Positions 1-9,091 of a stretch of 30,893 nucleotides of DNA are shown here, in pieces. The DNA is taken from positions 1 to 30,893 of the forward strand of contig DHXL01000260.1 in the NCBI GenBank assembly GCA_002415335.1. The letters run 5' to 3'. The position numbers and the translations under genes were made by a program. A model generated the notes under the pieces. It was not told the DNA's origin and searched no databases. It was given only the letters and a program-made list of their open reading frames with translations. This DNA is from Oxalobacteraceae bacterium UBA5157 (GTDB lineage: Bacteria; Pseudomonadota; Gammaproteobacteria; Burkholderiales; Burkholderiaceae_D). The number at the start of each line of letters is the position of its first letter. Within the stretch, counting starts at the first letter, position 1.

Positions 1-53
1 GTACTTGCATGGGGTGCAAGGGGTAGGAGGTTCGAATCCTCTCGCCCCGACCA
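1..53 (+). tRNA. tRNA-Pro(GGG), 3' portion (5' end lies outside the window, or this is a duplicated att fragment)
   Basis: Anticodon arm CTTGC-ATGGGGT-GCAAG (anticodon GGG), T-arm GAGG-TTCGAAT-CCTC, acceptor 3' strand ending CCCCGACCA with an encoded CCA at 51-53. Confidence 0.93.
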
Positions 54-57
54 AAAG

Positions 58-70
58 AATCAAAGCGTTA
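58..70 (+). promoter_or_regulatory. Consensus IHF-binding site directly 3' of the tRNA CCA
   Basis: AATCAAAGCGTTA matches WATCAANNNNTTR exactly and starts 5 nt after the CCA, in an AT-rich stretch. Confidence 0.65.
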
Positions 71-87
71 AAGCGAAAATGGTACAT

Positions 88-134
88 AAACGCAGCAAGC
101 GTATTAAACATTGTTTAATATCGGCTGCGTTTTT
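88..134 (+). terminator. Imperfect long hairpin followed by a T-tract; likely terminator of the tRNA transcript, possibly bidirectional
   Basis: Outer stem AAACGCAGC (88-96)/GCTGCGTTT (124-132), inner palindrome TATTAAACA-T-TGTTTAATA (102-120), T-run at 130-134. Confidence 0.5.
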
Positions 135-204
135 CAGTTAACCCGGACCTCACACATCGATCGCGGAATTGCCATTGCCGTATCACGCGATGTTCGCAGA
201 CAGG

Positions 205-441
205 TCAGCGTAGCGGGAACGCATCTCGGCGAATGCATTTTCCGTGATTGGATGGCTGTCCGACCGGCGCATAGACGCGTTCGCCGCGCCGAATTCGTTC
301 CCCGGTCACCGCGCAGGTAGTTTCGGCGGGCGCTTTGTATAGCACCCAAAGCTGCTCGGTATAGTTGCAGCGGGCCGGTTCGCGCCAGGACAGGAGCAGG
401 CTCTTTTCCGACAGCTTTTCCAGAAATTTGATGGTGATCAT
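205..441 (-). CDS. DUF3331-like small protein (start uncertain; in-frame alternative at 561)
   Basis: C-terminal 78 aa of the 205..741 ORF (LEKLSEKSLLLSWREPARCNYTEQLW...CAVTGERIRRGERVYAP) resembles the DUF3331 pattern seen in Burkholderiales. The upstream part of the ORF overlaps a promoter and is probably not coding. Confidence 0.7.
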   Translation of the reverse strand: MITIKFLEKLSEKSLLLSWREPARCNYTEQLWVLYKAPAETTCAVTGERIRRGERVYAPVGQPSNHGKCIRRDAFPLR

Positions 442-593
442 GGTGTATTGTTTAGACGGGATGCGGGGAGGATGATCTCGATTACCGCTCTGCCCCCCGT
501 AAAAAATGTCATCCACCCGGGATGGCACGCGACGCTCGCACGATGTGGTTGCCGACATCATCGTTGTGCCGATCCGGCACCAGCATTGCGAAT

Positions 594-635
594 ATCTTAC
601 CGAGATCACGCGAAAAAAATATTGATTTAAATCAA
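594..635 (-). promoter_or_regulatory. Class II FNR-type promoter: FNR box 622-635 plus -10 TAAGAT (599-594)
   Basis: Perfect TTGAT-TTAA-ATCAA, a 22-nt gap, then TAAGAT on the minus strand. The box centre falls at -41.5 for a TSS near 587. Confidence 0.78.
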
Positions 636-816
636 TTGGCTGAGCATAAGCGACGGAAAGAGTCTCCCTCCGAACTCTTTGTAGGAAACGGCGCGCGCCT
701 TCGGGTCCTCCAGCGTATGGCAGATGTCGTTGAATAGCCATCAGTCTTGCGGATGGACGCCCGACATCACCTGCCTGATGGCGCCGGCTTTTCCAATCGC
801 ATCCAAGGCGTGAAGA

Positions 817-3351
817 TCAGAATATCTGCGGGGCCGCACCGATCGGTTTCCCGGTCACCGCATTGGGCACGCGCCACTTGATCATCGCGACCTTCAGAGT
901 GTCATTCAGGACCAGGCAGGAGGCCATGGCATACACAAATATCGCGAGCGTCTGCCACCAGGGCAACGGCGTGAGGTCCGGAAGACCGACGAACGTGAGG
1001 ATGGTGCCGATGACGGCATCGACAGCGAGGGCTGACATGAAGATTTTGCTCGGCAGGCTCGCCCAGAACCAGTCGCGCTCCCGTGCCGAGACGACGGAGA
1101 ATACGGCAAAGTAAAGCAGCATCAGAAAGCTGAAGGTATAGAGAGCATCGTTGTTGGTTGCCAGGCCGAATTTCGACCACCCGACCCATAATAGAAAAAG
1201 TGTTTCTGCAAGCATCGCCATACCGAGCACGACGGACACGGTGATGAAGCCGCCAATGTTCCACGTCTCCGGATTCCTGGAGGGCCGAACATTGTCGGTG
1301 GAAAGGGATATCTTCGCGAAGTCCGTCAGGAAGACCAGCAACAGCATGGCGAAGGCGGAGACCACGAATTTACCGGTCACCACGAACGCGATCGCTACGA
1401 AAGCGGCTTTCAGGATTGTCCGGCTGATCTTGTTGATGATCCACGTCAGGATGCGCTGATAAATTATCCGTCCCTGCTCGACCAGCGTCACGATGTTTGT
1501 GAGCCCTGCCTCGGTCAAGACGACGCTTGCGGCGCCCTTGGCGACGTCGGTTGCACTGCTGACGGCGATTCCCACCTCGGCCTGGCGCAGGGCCGGCGCA
1601 TCATTGACGCCGTCGCCTGTCATGCCGGTCACGTGCCCTGCGGCCTGCAGGTGCTGCACGACGATGAACTTGTCCTCCGGATACACCTCAGCAAAGCCAT
1701 CGGCGCCCGCGAAAAGGCTCGCAGTCTTGCTGCCAGGCTGCGCGCTTGCCGTTTTCAAATCCGCCATGCGCTGGATATTGGACAGTCCGACTCCCTGGCC
1801 GATCTCAAGCGCCACCGGAAGTGCGTCGCCGGTAAGCATCTTTACCTGGACGCCGCGGTCGCGGAGCGTGGCAATCAGCTGCCTGGCATCCGGTCGCGGG
1901 GGATCATACAGGGACACCAGTCCGACCAAGGCCGGCGTGCCGCCCTCCGAGCCGCGTGCCACTGCCAGCGTCCGATAACCGCGCGCGGCCGACGCACTGA
2001 CTCGCGCGTCCAATGCCTCGATTGCCGGTGGCTGGAGCCCGCAGGCTTCGGCGACGGTGCGCACGGCGCCTTTCATCACGCGCAGCCGCTGCCCATTTTG
2101 CTCGACGACGGCTTCCGTCCGCCGATTCTTCGCATCAAAAGGTGCGAAGGAGATGGGCGTGACCGAGGCGAGGCCGTCGAATACGCGATGCTCCTTTGCC
2201 GCAGCGAGGAACGCCAGGTCGATCGGATCCTGGTTGGATTCCTGCGACGCCAGCGCGCCGGCAAACAGCACGTCGGCTTCCGTCGCATGCTCCAGCGGGA
2301 TCACGCCGGTGACGGTCAGCCGGTTCATCGTAATCGTCCCCGTCTTGTCCACGCAGAGCACATCCATCGTCGCGGCATCCTCCGCTGCGCTAAGCCGGGT
2401 GACCAGCACGCCGCGCCTGGCCAGCTCCTTCGACCCGACCGCCATGCTAACCGTGAACATGACGGGGAGCGCGACCGGCACGGCGCTCATCAACAGGACG
2501 AGCATGAGCGGGATCATTTCCATCAGCGGCGCGCCGCGCACCAGCGATAGCACGACCACCACGCCCAACAACACGCCGACTATGGCGAACAGCCAGCGGA
2601 CGATCTTCGCCACAACCGCTTCGATGTGAAGTTTTGGGCGCGCCTCCTGCACCAGTTCGGTGGTGCGGCCAAAGTAGGTCTTCGCCCCGGTCAGCATCAC
2701 CACGCCATTGCCTTCGCCGCGACGGAGGATCGACCCCGACGAGAGGACGTCGCCGGGCGTTTTGTCCACGTCCTTCGATTCGCCCGTGAGCGCCGACTGG
2801 TCCACGTTCAACGTTCCGCTGAGGAGTCGCACGTCCGCCGGGATGACGTCGCCCGGACGGACGCGAACGATGTCGCCAGGGACCAGTTCTCGCGATGGAA
2901 TGGTCTGCCAGTTCGAATCGCGGCACACGCGCGCGCTCACCTGCAAGCGTCGCCGCAGTGCCTCGACGACACCGGCTGCGCGGCGCTCCTGCATGAAGCT
3001 CAACACGGCGTTGATGACGAGCAGCGCGCTCACCACCGCGAGGTCGGAATAGTGCCCGAGCACGGCTGACAGCACCATGATGAGTTCAAGCATCCAGGCC
3101 GAGATTCCCCAAAATTTACCGAGGAATGTGAGTACGGGGTGGCTCTTCTTTTCAGCCACTTCGTTGTAGCCATGCTCCTTGCGGCGGGCGTCGACTTCGG
3201 AATGCGTAAGACCTGTGTCAGGATTCACATTGAGCGCGATGAGCGTGTCGGGCACTGATGCGGTCGCGATGGCGGGGGGCTTGGCGTTGGCGGGATCCGC
3301 GGGCGCCGACCTGGATTCGGATTTATTTGCCGGCATTCCCATCGTGACCAT
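817..3351 (-). CDS. Plasma-membrane proton-efflux P-type ATPase (type IIIA); true start may be 3342 or 3336
   Basis: DKTGT phosphorylation motif, DQSALTGES, KGA, MLTGD, MTGDGVNDAPAL, PVALP in M4, Asp in M6 (FLTDF); 844 aa with a multi-TM C-terminus and no heavy-metal-binding domain. Confidence 0.88.
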   Translation of the reverse strand: MVTMGMPANKSESRSAPADPANAKPPAIATASVPDTLIALNVNPDTGLTHSEVDARRKEHGYNEVAEKKSHPVLTFLGKFWGISAWMLELIMVLSAVLGHYSDLAVVSALLVINAVLSFMQERRAAGVVEALRRRLQVSARVCRDSNWQTIPSRELVPGDIVRVRPGDVIPADVRLLSGTLNVDQSALTGESKDVDKTPGDVLSSGSILRRGEGNGVVMLTGAKTYFGRTTELVQEARPKLHIEAVVAKIVRWLFAIVGVLLGVVVVLSLVRGAPLMEMIPLMLVLLMSAVPVALPVMFTVSMAVGSKELARRGVLVTRLSAAEDAATMDVLCVDKTGTITMNRLTVTGVIPLEHATEADVLFAGALASQESNQDPIDLAFLAAAKEHRVFDGLASVTPISFAPFDAKNRRTEAVVEQNGQRLRVMKGAVRTVAEACGLQPPAIEALDARVSASAARGYRTLAVARGSEGGTPALVGLVSLYDPPRPDARQLIATLRDRGVQVKMLTGDALPVALEIGQGVGLSNIQRMADLKTASAQPGSKTASLFAGADGFAEVYPEDKFIVVQHLQAAGHVTGMTGDGVNDAPALRQAEVGIAVSSATDVAKGAASVVLTEAGLTNIVTLVEQGRIIYQRILTWIINKISRTILKAAFVAIAFVVTGKFVVSAFAMLLLVFLTDFAKISLSTDNVRPSRNPETWNIGGFITVSVVLGMAMLAETLFLLWVGWSKFGLATNNDALYTFSFLMLLYFAVFSVVSARERDWFWASLPSKIFMSALAVDAVIGTILTFVGLPDLTPLPWWQTLAIFVYAMASCLVLNDTLKVAMIKWRVPNAVTGKPIGAAPQIF

Positions 3352-3649
3352 CCTCTCTAGCGCTTGCGCGGTTTACATTGCTGGACTGCGTCGGTCGCCG
3401 TATGGCGAGGGCCGGTTTGCGGCATTCCACACTATACTAGCATCGCCGCACGCCTGAATCTGCTCCGAAAATCTGTCCGTCAGGAGAAGCCGCCGACCGC
3501 AATCATGTCGGTTGCAAGCGATAAATTTGCACTTGTATGCTGGATGGTTTCCACCACCGAGGCTATTCCCGCGCATCCCGGCATTTCCGGAACCGGCCAT
3601 GGATGATGGATCCCGGCAGAGAATGTTTCGTTTCACCCGAGGAGAACCC

Positions 3650-4120
3650 ATGAAAGCTTTTCAAGACTATTACCCCGAGAATCTGGCGCATTGCTATGGC
3701 TGCGGGCGACTCAACGCAGACGGCCACCAGATCAAGACCCACTGGGATGGCGACGAGTCCGTCACGCGTTTCACGCCCAAGGCATACCACATGGCCGTGC
3801 CGGGCTTTACTTATGGCGGCTTGATCGCTTCGCTGATCGACTGCCACAGTACCGGCACCGCCGCGGCAGCCATGTACCGCGCTGAAGGCCGCGACATGGA
3901 CACGCTGCCGCCGTTCCGCTTCGTCACCGGCTCGCTGCATGTGGACTTCCTGAAACCAACACCGATCGCCGGCGAGCTCGAAATTCGCGGTCGCGTGAAG
4001 GAAATCAGGGGCCGCAAGGTGGTGGTGGAAAGCACCGTGCTGGCTGGCGGCGTCGCCACTGCCCGCGGTGAAGTGGTGGCCGTGCAGATGCCGGAAAATT
4101 TTGGCGCGACCGACGCCTAG
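3650..4120 (+). CDS. PaaI-family (hotdog-fold) thioesterase
   Basis: CYGCG N-terminal motif, YGGLIASLIDCHS, VTGSLHVDFLKPTP; RBS GAGGAGA upstream of the ATG at 3650. Confidence 0.85.
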   Translation: MKAFQDYYPENLAHCYGCGRLNADGHQIKTHWDGDESVTRFTPKAYHMAVPGFTYGGLIASLIDCHSTGTAAAAMYRAEGRDMDTLPPFRFVTGSLHVDFLKPTPIAGELEIRGRVKEIRGRKVVVESTVLAGGVATARGEVVAVQMPENFGATDA

Positions 4121-4325
4121 ACCGCCGCCAACGCACACGTAGCACGGGCGCGCATCGCCTGCCCCGGGCTGGCCGGCGAGTGCGCCGATGCCGATCGGGG
4201 AAGGCGGGCAATTCCGGCGAATCGATCGAATCGATCCACAGCGACCGCCGTCCGCACAGGCGCGGCCCAATCTGTTATCGTTTTGCAGATGGTCAATGGA
4301 CACAAGATGTCAACGAGGTTTATCA

Positions 4326-4706
4326 ATGCCACCGAATAAGAAACCGGATGCCGCCAGGCTGGACCGTATCGTTGCCGATGCGCGGAAAAATGCCGAGCAA
4401 CGAGAAATGGGTTATCGCGAGCGCGCCCTTCAGATGTATCCGTGGATCTGCGGTCGCTGCACGCGCGAATTCACGCGCGCGAACCTGCAACAGCTGACAG
4501 TCCATCATCGCGACCACAACCATGACAACAACCCGCCCGATGGCAGCAACTGGGAACTATTGTGCCTGTACTGCCATGACAATGAACACTCTCGCTATCT
4601 CGAGGCCGATCGGCAGGGACCGTCAGGGCAAGGCAGCGCACCTACGCTGGCGGCAACACACAGTCCATTCGCCGCACTCGAAGCGCTGCTGAAAAAAAAG
4701 CCCTGA
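4326..4706 (+). CDS. yajD: YajD-family HNH nuclease
   Basis: GYRERAL..YPWICGRCTREF...LTVHHRDHNHDNNPPDGSNWELLCLYCHDNEHS is the YajD HNH signature. Confidence 0.9.
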   Translation: MPPNKKPDAARLDRIVADARKNAEQREMGYRERALQMYPWICGRCTREFTRANLQQLTVHHRDHNHDNNPPDGSNWELLCLYCHDNEHSRYLEADRQGPSGQGSAPTLAATHSPFAALEALLKKKP

Positions 4707-4790
4707 ATTCCATGCGCCGGACGCTGGCAGCGAAGGATTGAAGCCCCGGCCATCGCCAACAAAAACCCACACAACAGTCACTGGAGAACC

Positions 4791-5920
4791 ACGATAGCGG
4801 AAGAGGCACGTGCGCGGCATTCGCTGAGACGCCACATCACCCTCACGACGCTGTTGATTTTCCTCGCCAGCATCTGGGCGCTATCGTATTACGCCAGCCG
4901 GATGCTGCGCGTCGACATCGAGCGGCTGCTGGCAGACCAGCAGTCGTCCACCGTGGCGTATGTGGCCGCGGAAATCGACAACCAGTTGCGGGACCGGGTT
5001 CTTGCGCTTGAAAAAGTTGCGCACTCGATCGACCGGACGCTGCTGAACGATCCGGCCGCAATGCAGCAATGGCTAGAGAACCAGCCGATTGTTCAGAGCA
5101 TGTTCAATTCGGGGCTGGTTGCCGTCTCGCTGGACGGCGTTGCGGTTGCCGATGTGCCTGTCGTCGCCGGACGCCGCGGAACGAATTATGCCGACAATGC
5201 AGCCACCCATATCACGCTCACGCAGGGAAAATCGGCGATCGGCCGCCCGCTCGTCGGGCGAGTGCTGCAGCAACCGTTATTCAACATTAATGCGCCGATC
5301 CGGGATGCCCAAGGCCAGGTGATCGGCGCCTTGTTCGGGGTGATCAATCTCGCCAAGCCCAATTTTCTTGATCGTATCGGGGAGCGCCGCTACATGTCGC
5401 GGTCGAACGCCTGGCCGGCATGTCCGGCATCAGCAAGCCGCTGCAAGCGTTGCCGATCGTGAAGCATGATGAGATCGGCCAGTTGGTTGGCGGCTTCAAT
5501 CAATTGCTGACTACTCTGGGAGAGCGTGAGGCCCAGCTCAAGATCGAGCGCGACTTTTTCAAGGCCGTGTTGCAGCAATCGTCGGATGGCGTGTTCCTGT
5601 TCGATCCCCACGAGGGGTGCATCGTGGAGGCAAACCCCAGCATCTGTCGCATGCTCGGCTATGAATGCGACGAAGTGCTTGCGCTGAATCTGATCGATCT
5701 GTTGGGCACCGCTCCGGAGAAAATTGCGGAATGCGTCGCAAAAGCTCACGCTTATGCGCGAGTGAAGGAAGCGCGACTGTTGCGCCGGATCGAATCGCTG
5801 ATGAAGCATGCCAATGACTGCATCATGATGCAAATACGGGCTCGCATCACAACAGAAAGGGCTGGCAAATTTTCACGGCGCTTTGCGAAAAATTGCCGGC
5901 CCCCGATCTTGACGCGATAA
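4791..5920 (+). pseudogene. Degenerate TM-dCache-HAMP-PAS sensor (fragment of a diguanylate cyclase or kinase)
   Basis: RBS GGAGA at 4783 is followed by ACG/ATA rather than ATG. TM1 and a partial Cache domain run to ~5395, then the frame changes into HAMP (ALPIVKHDEIGQLVGGFNQLL) with no TM2, followed by a truncated PAS and no output domain. Confidence 0.7.
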
Positions 5921-5938
5921 CCTCACTATCCGCTAATC

Positions 5939-8062
5939 TCAGGGAATGAAGCTGAGCGTCTCCGGCAACGGCAAGTTCACCGGCACTTCAAACATCGGTC
6001 CTGGACCGTCCGGATCAATCACGGTCGCACCGTTGGTCGCGAAGAAGACCGCAATCTGCTGCTGCGCACCGACCGCATACGGCGCAGCCGCCGGTATGGC
6101 GATATTGGTCAGGAAGGTATGCGGATTCTTTGGTACCGTGGAATTGATCGCATTGGCCAGGTCATTGCGGAACAGCGTCGCCGCATCGGCCAGATCGCCG
6201 GCGCGCAAGATCGCGGTAGTGGTCGGATTCGGTACCGTGCCATCACCTTTCGCAAACTGGAATAGCACCGGCTTGGCCGCATTACCTTCCAGCGGCTGCT
6301 TGCGGATGAACGGTGAATATGCCGCCGGATTGCCGGCTTGCTGCACCCACTGGAAGCGGTCCAGCACCTGCGCGATCGCGGTCGCACCGGGGACATCGTT
6401 GACAACGGGCGGCAAGTTTCGAAGCGGCATATTCTCGTTGAATACGATGCCGCTCGGGTCCGCCACATTGATCAGCGACGGCACCCGCGTCGCGAGCGCA
6501 ATGCCGGTCAGCGGCCGGAACCCGCCGAGACGCGCCACCTCGACAATCGAACCACCCGCCACGTTCGGCACGCCGGCCTTGATGTTCGGTTCTACCCCCA
6601 GCAAGATCGTGCCGTAGATGCCGCCAAACGATTGGCCCGCGTAGTAGATACGTTGGGCGTTCAAATCAGCCGACCCGTCGCCGTCGATGTCGATGCCGAC
6701 TTCGACTTCGCGCACCAGTTGCATCAAATCGATCACCGTTTGCCGCAAGCCGTCGCGGTTGGAGATGGACGGATAGGCTGGCGCCGCATTCACGCCTTCG
6801 GTCGAATCGATTACACCATTGCCGTCCTGGTCGATGCCGCGGCCGCCGGCGCTAATGGAGACCAGCGGCCGCGATGGCTGCGACACGGTCAAATTGCCCT
6901 GCGCGCCGCCGCCATGGCCGACCACATTGATCGACAAGGTAGCGATGCCGCGCGAGGCAAACACCGATGCGACGGCCCAGGGAGCGCCATACATGCTGTC
7001 GGTAAAGCCGTGCCCAAAAATAGCCACCGGCCAGCCGCCCGCCGGCTTCGCGTCGGCCGGCACGAACAGCTGGAAGATCAATTCGTTGCTGCCCTGCGGC
7101 TGCGGCTGTCCGTTCAGAGAGCCTGTGACGGGAATGTATTTGCCAGCAGTCTCGTAATCGGGGGACGTGAATTTTCCGTATGCGACTTGGGCGACGGCCC
7201 CCGGAACCACGTTCAATGCCGGCGTCGCCAGATAGCTCGGCGCAAACGACGGCGCCGTGCCGACTTGCCGGTTGAACTGGATCCAGGCCAGGCTCGCCGT
7301 TGGGAATACCGCACGCACCGACCCACCGTTGCCCACCATGAAATTTGCCGGGGCCGGATTGCTTTGCTTGATCTGGCGCATGATCTTGTACAAGTCAGCC
7401 GAGACGCTTTGCGTCGTAAACAAACTGGCGGCAACGATCTTATTCAATCCGTGAATGCGGACCCGAGCAGCATCGCGCAGTTCGCGCCGGTACTCGCTGC
7501 TGTCACGGTCCTGGCCCACACCGAACTCGTCACCGAAGCCGCCCGATTTGATTTTTTTGCCGCTGGCATCCTTCACACCATCGGTGACGAGCAAAACATA
7601 GCGCGTATGCTCATTCAGCAGCGCGTCGGGCTCGAATGCAAGCGTATTGGTCGCCGGGTCCCATAGCACCTGATTGATGCCGACCTTGCGGCCAATGCCC
7701 TGCTGCGTCTGCGTGTCGCCGAGGTTCATCAGGAACACGGTGTTGCTATTGACGCTGCTGACGTCGATTGCACCGGTGAACGGCACCGTGATGCGCGGCT
7801 GGGACGAAAAACCGTCGAGGGTGTTGATCACATCGATGTCGGCGCAGTCGCTTGGCCGCACCGCGCAGTTCGGCTTCGGTAGATTGACGCGGCGATAGGT
7901 ATTTTGCGACCAGTCCGGCACGCTGAAACGGTCGCTGGGGAACGGACTGGCGGCCGGGTCGGACAGGTCGAACCTGACACTCACGCCGTCGGCCATCGCT
8001 ACGAGCGGAACGCTCAAGAATACAATTGCAGCCGCCCACCGGCGGCCATATGGTCCAAGCAT
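5939..8062 (-). CDS. Secreted Ig-like-domain alpha/beta hydrolase (Pla-1/Cef-like extracellular lipase)
   Basis: Signal peptide (RRWAAAIVFLSVPLVAMA), N-terminal Ig-like region, oxyanion-type FGHGF, nucleophile GQSFGG, candidate Asp (AKGDGTV) and His (KNPHTFL). Confidence 0.72.
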   Translation of the reverse strand: MLGPYGRRWAAAIVFLSVPLVAMADGVSVRFDLSDPAASPFPSDRFSVPDWSQNTYRRVNLPKPNCAVRPSDCADIDVINTLDGFSSQPRITVPFTGAIDVSSVNSNTVFLMNLGDTQTQQGIGRKVGINQVLWDPATNTLAFEPDALLNEHTRYVLLVTDGVKDASGKKIKSGGFGDEFGVGQDRDSSEYRRELRDAARVRIHGLNKIVAASLFTTQSVSADLYKIMRQIKQSNPAPANFMVGNGGSVRAVFPTASLAWIQFNRQVGTAPSFAPSYLATPALNVVPGAVAQVAYGKFTSPDYETAGKYIPVTGSLNGQPQPQGSNELIFQLFVPADAKPAGGWPVAIFGHGFTDSMYGAPWAVASVFASRGIATLSINVVGHGGGAQGNLTVSQPSRPLVSISAGGRGIDQDGNGVIDSTEGVNAAPAYPSISNRDGLRQTVIDLMQLVREVEVGIDIDGDGSADLNAQRIYYAGQSFGGIYGTILLGVEPNIKAGVPNVAGGSIVEVARLGGFRPLTGIALATRVPSLINVADPSGIVFNENMPLRNLPPVVNDVPGATAIAQVLDRFQWVQQAGNPAAYSPFIRKQPLEGNAAKPVLFQFAKGDGTVPNPTTTAILRAGDLADAATLFRNDLANAINSTVPKNPHTFLTNIAIPAAAPYAVGAQQQIAVFFATNGATVIDPDGPGPMFEVPVNLPLPETLSFIP

Positions 8063-8464
8063 TGCTGTCTCCTTGTTTGTTTTACTTCTTGATGGTTGTC
8101 TCGACGGCCCTCCCGGACGAGACAGGACAACTTGACACCATTGGCGTTAAGACATGAGGCAGGTCGCCGGCCGATGTGTTGTCAATTATATAAATAAAAT
8201 GACCATTCGCCAGTTCCATCGAGACGGACATGCGCGCGACGAACAGGCAGGCCCGGCGCGCCATGTTGGCGGCCGCCCCTCTCCTTTTTTTGACGTTCTC
8301 ATAGGGACGGCGCCCGCTCAGAACGGGCGAGATTTCCGGATTGGCCGCGCCTGTCCGCCGCCAAGGAAAGTTAGACAGTTTCCTCTAATCAAACCGATAA
8401 TTTCTACATGGAATCACCGACCCGCCTGTGTCGACGGCCCCAAGCTGACGCTGCCCATCCATCT

Positions 8465-8522
8465 TATGCAACCAGTTGCATAGACCAGCCTTGCTGAATA
8501 CAATAGCGCAACCGATTGCATA
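8465..8522 (+). promoter_or_regulatory. Sigma70 promoter (TTGCAT-17-TACAAT) overlapped by two related palindromic operators
   Basis: -35 at 8476-8481, -10 at 8499-8504. Operator 1 is TATGCAAC-CA-GTTGCATA (8465-8482, perfect 8-bp arms); operator 2 is AGCGCAACCGATTGCATA (8505-8522). Confidence 0.75.
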
Positions 8523-8569
8523 AAGGATGCCGCCCCTTTACCGCATCGACAACGCACCAGGAGCGCTTC

Positions 8570-9007
8570 ATGGCAGACACACTTTCCCGGCTCAATCCGG
8601 CAGTCGCCGAATCCCTCGCCACTTGGCACGCCATGGTCGCGAGTCGCGATCTCAAGGCGCTGCCATCCATCATTCATCCGGATGCATTATTCCGATCACC
8701 GATGGCTTTCGCGCCCTATAAGTCCGCGGATGCCGTGGTGCTGATCATCAGTACCGTCGTCGGCGTATTCGAAGATTTTCGCTACGAGCGAGAGCTCGCC
8801 TCTGAAGACGGCCTGTCCGTGGTGCTCGAGTTCTGTGCCAATGTCGGTGACAAGCAGCTCAAGGGAATCGACCTGATTCGCTTCGACGCGCAGGGAAAGA
8901 TCATGGAGTTTGAGGTCATGATCAGACCGTTCAATGCGTTGCAGGCGCTTGGCCAGGAAATGGGCAAGCGCCTCGGGCAATATCTGCCGGCGTTCAAGGG
9001 TACCTGA
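8570..9007 (+). CDS. SnoaL-like / NTF2-family protein
   Basis: WHAMVASRDL..L..IIHPDALFRSP...G..LIRFDAQGKI.EFEVMIRP pattern; RBS AGGAG before the ATG at 8570. Confidence 0.85.
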   Translation: MADTLSRLNPAVAESLATWHAMVASRDLKALPSIIHPDALFRSPMAFAPYKSADAVVLIISTVVGVFEDFRYERELASEDGLSVVLEFCANVGDKQLKGIDLIRFDAQGKIMEFEVMIRPFNALQALGQEMGKRLGQYLPAFKGT

Positions 9008-9091
9008 CTGAATGAACCCTCGTGCAGCCATTGTCTCCGTCCGCCATGGGATAGTGCGGACCAAAGCCACTTTTCGGGTATAGCGGCCGAC

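Noticed and set aside
562-741. N-terminal extension of the 178-aa ORF at 205..741
   Set aside because: It runs through the FNR box and -10 element and has no family similarity; the start is more likely 441 or 561.
1633-2550. 305-aa plus-strand ORF, and similar long ORFs at 6338..7666 +, 10612..11682 +, 13716..14573 -, 14890..15708 -, 18018..19202 - and 24678..25250 -
   Set aside because: They are antisense shadows of well-supported genes in GC-rich DNA, with no recognisable motifs or RBS.
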